64,000 bases of DNA, from assembly GCA_963836935.1 (NCBI GenBank), contig CAWILM010000011.1, positions 6,815-70,814 of the forward strand, read 5' to 3'. Source of the stretch: an uncultured Acidimicrobiaceae bacterium (lineage in GTDB: Bacteria > Actinomycetota > Acidimicrobiia > Acidimicrobiales > Bog-793). Both the position numbers and the translations under genes were made by a program. Positions 63,246-64,000 of this stretch are shown piece by piece. Within the stretch, counting starts at the first letter, position 1. Every line of letters begins with the position of its first letter. The notes under the pieces are model-generated. The model ran no database searches. It saw only the letters and a list, made by a program, of their open reading frames with translations, and had not been told where the DNA came from.

Positions 63246-64000
63246 TCATCGTGGGTGGTTGGTCGGGGACAACGACCGTCCCGCGGCCTCCGCTGCGCCG
63301 CACGCCGAGGCGTAGACACGAACTACGTCGCGAACGGCCTCGAGTACCAGGGTCCTCGGCGTCGCGTCTAGGGTTCCACCCGTTACGCGTGGGTAAAACG
63401 ACGGGAGGAATTGGCTGATCAGCGGCTCGGGGATGCCGGTTCCCGTGAGGCGGTCCAGGAGCCGCCGGACCGCCTCTTGCGATGCCGCGGACGCCCAGTA
63501 GTAGCGGATACGGTCGCTGTAACCGAAATGCCGCAGCACACGTTGTTCATCTGGGTCACCCCGGTAGTGCGACTGCCAATGCCCGGGATTGGCGAGCATC
63601 TCCTTTTCCATCTCTGTCATCAGTGAGTGCTCACACCAGCTGGGATCGAGCGCCGCCGCGATCTGGTCCAGTCCATAAAGGGCTTCGCGGAGCGCAAAGG
63701 TGAGAGCCGGCCCGACCTTCAAGATCGCAAAACCGTCCGTCACAAGCCTGGCGAGGCTTTCTGGCGGCTGATAGTCGGTGGAATGCGCCTCGAACACCAG
63801 ACCTGGCATCTCATTCAGAGCGGCACTGAGCTTCGCGGGCGCGCTCAGGCTGGTAAACCACAACGTTCCGGTCGTCAAACTCGACTCCGGGCTGTGCTAC
63901 CAGCGCGATCACCGCCTCGAAGGCAGCATGAGCTCCAGCAGCGGCGAAGGCGTGTCTGTGGGCTTCGAGGGTGGCGGCAACGGCTTCGGGCCGAGTTACC
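63246..64000 (-). CDS. GatZ/KbaZ-family (class II tagatose-bisphosphate aldolase accessory / tagatose-6-P kinase-like) protein; N-terminus beyond window, apparent frameshift near 63845-63880
   Basis: ORF 63246-63878 reads ..[50 protein letters not shown]... The upstream part, translated by hand in another frame, reads ..[53 protein letters not shown]. It runs off the window edge. Confidence 0.65.

Overview
This is a visibly GC-rich (roughly two-thirds G+C by eye) Actinomycetota-like chromosomal segment, judging by an F420-type luciferase-like oxidoreductase, twin-arginine signal peptides and GTGA/ATGA overlapping gene junctions. I can support about 50 protein genes, one tRNA-Ala(UGC) and six IS elements or remnants: ISAzo13, IS1634, two different IS110, an IS5-like element and an IS3 fragment.

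The housekeeping and metabolic content comprises:
- a sugar-binding protein, galE-galK, an F420-type oxidoreductase with an amidohydrolase, a peptide-binding protein and ctaG;
- a fused two-gene 2-oxoacid:ferredoxin oxidoreductase facing an ADP-forming acyl-CoA synthetase;
- two ketose/polyol clusters (DeoR-SgcQ/BtpA-FGGY kinase-SDR, and GatZ-like/Zn-ADH/rhamnulokinase-like);
- an Nramp transporter, IclR, cysK with a truncated cysE, an ABC-2 exporter and metX-metY.

The accessory content is dominated by secreted repeat proteins and unusual peptidases:
- a protein of 14 tandem ~41-aa Cys-x5-Cys repeats that I cannot assign to a named repeat family, with an Ig-like tail;
- a 7x FG-GAP propeller and a 6x Kelch propeller with 4x249-bp Ig-like tandem repeats, both in an IS-rich region downstream of tRNA-Ala;
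- a proline-rich, Cys-bracketed beta-sandwich-like surface protein next to LuxR and PucR regulators;
- a bacterial G1 (eqolisin) glutamic peptidase homologue and an S53 sedolisin;
- a bulb-lectin + PG-binding + L,D-transpeptidase fusion.

I found no CRISPR array, rRNA, or recognisable complete defence or toxin-antitoxin system.

At least 15 otherwise well-conserved genes need a 1-nt frame correction, often at short homopolymers. This looks more like assembly indel error than biology, and it limits any pseudogene call. The strongest candidate for something undescribed is the 14x Cys-pair repeat protein, and more broadly the set of propeller + Ig secreted proteins. All family assignments rest on motif recognition by eye, not on searches.
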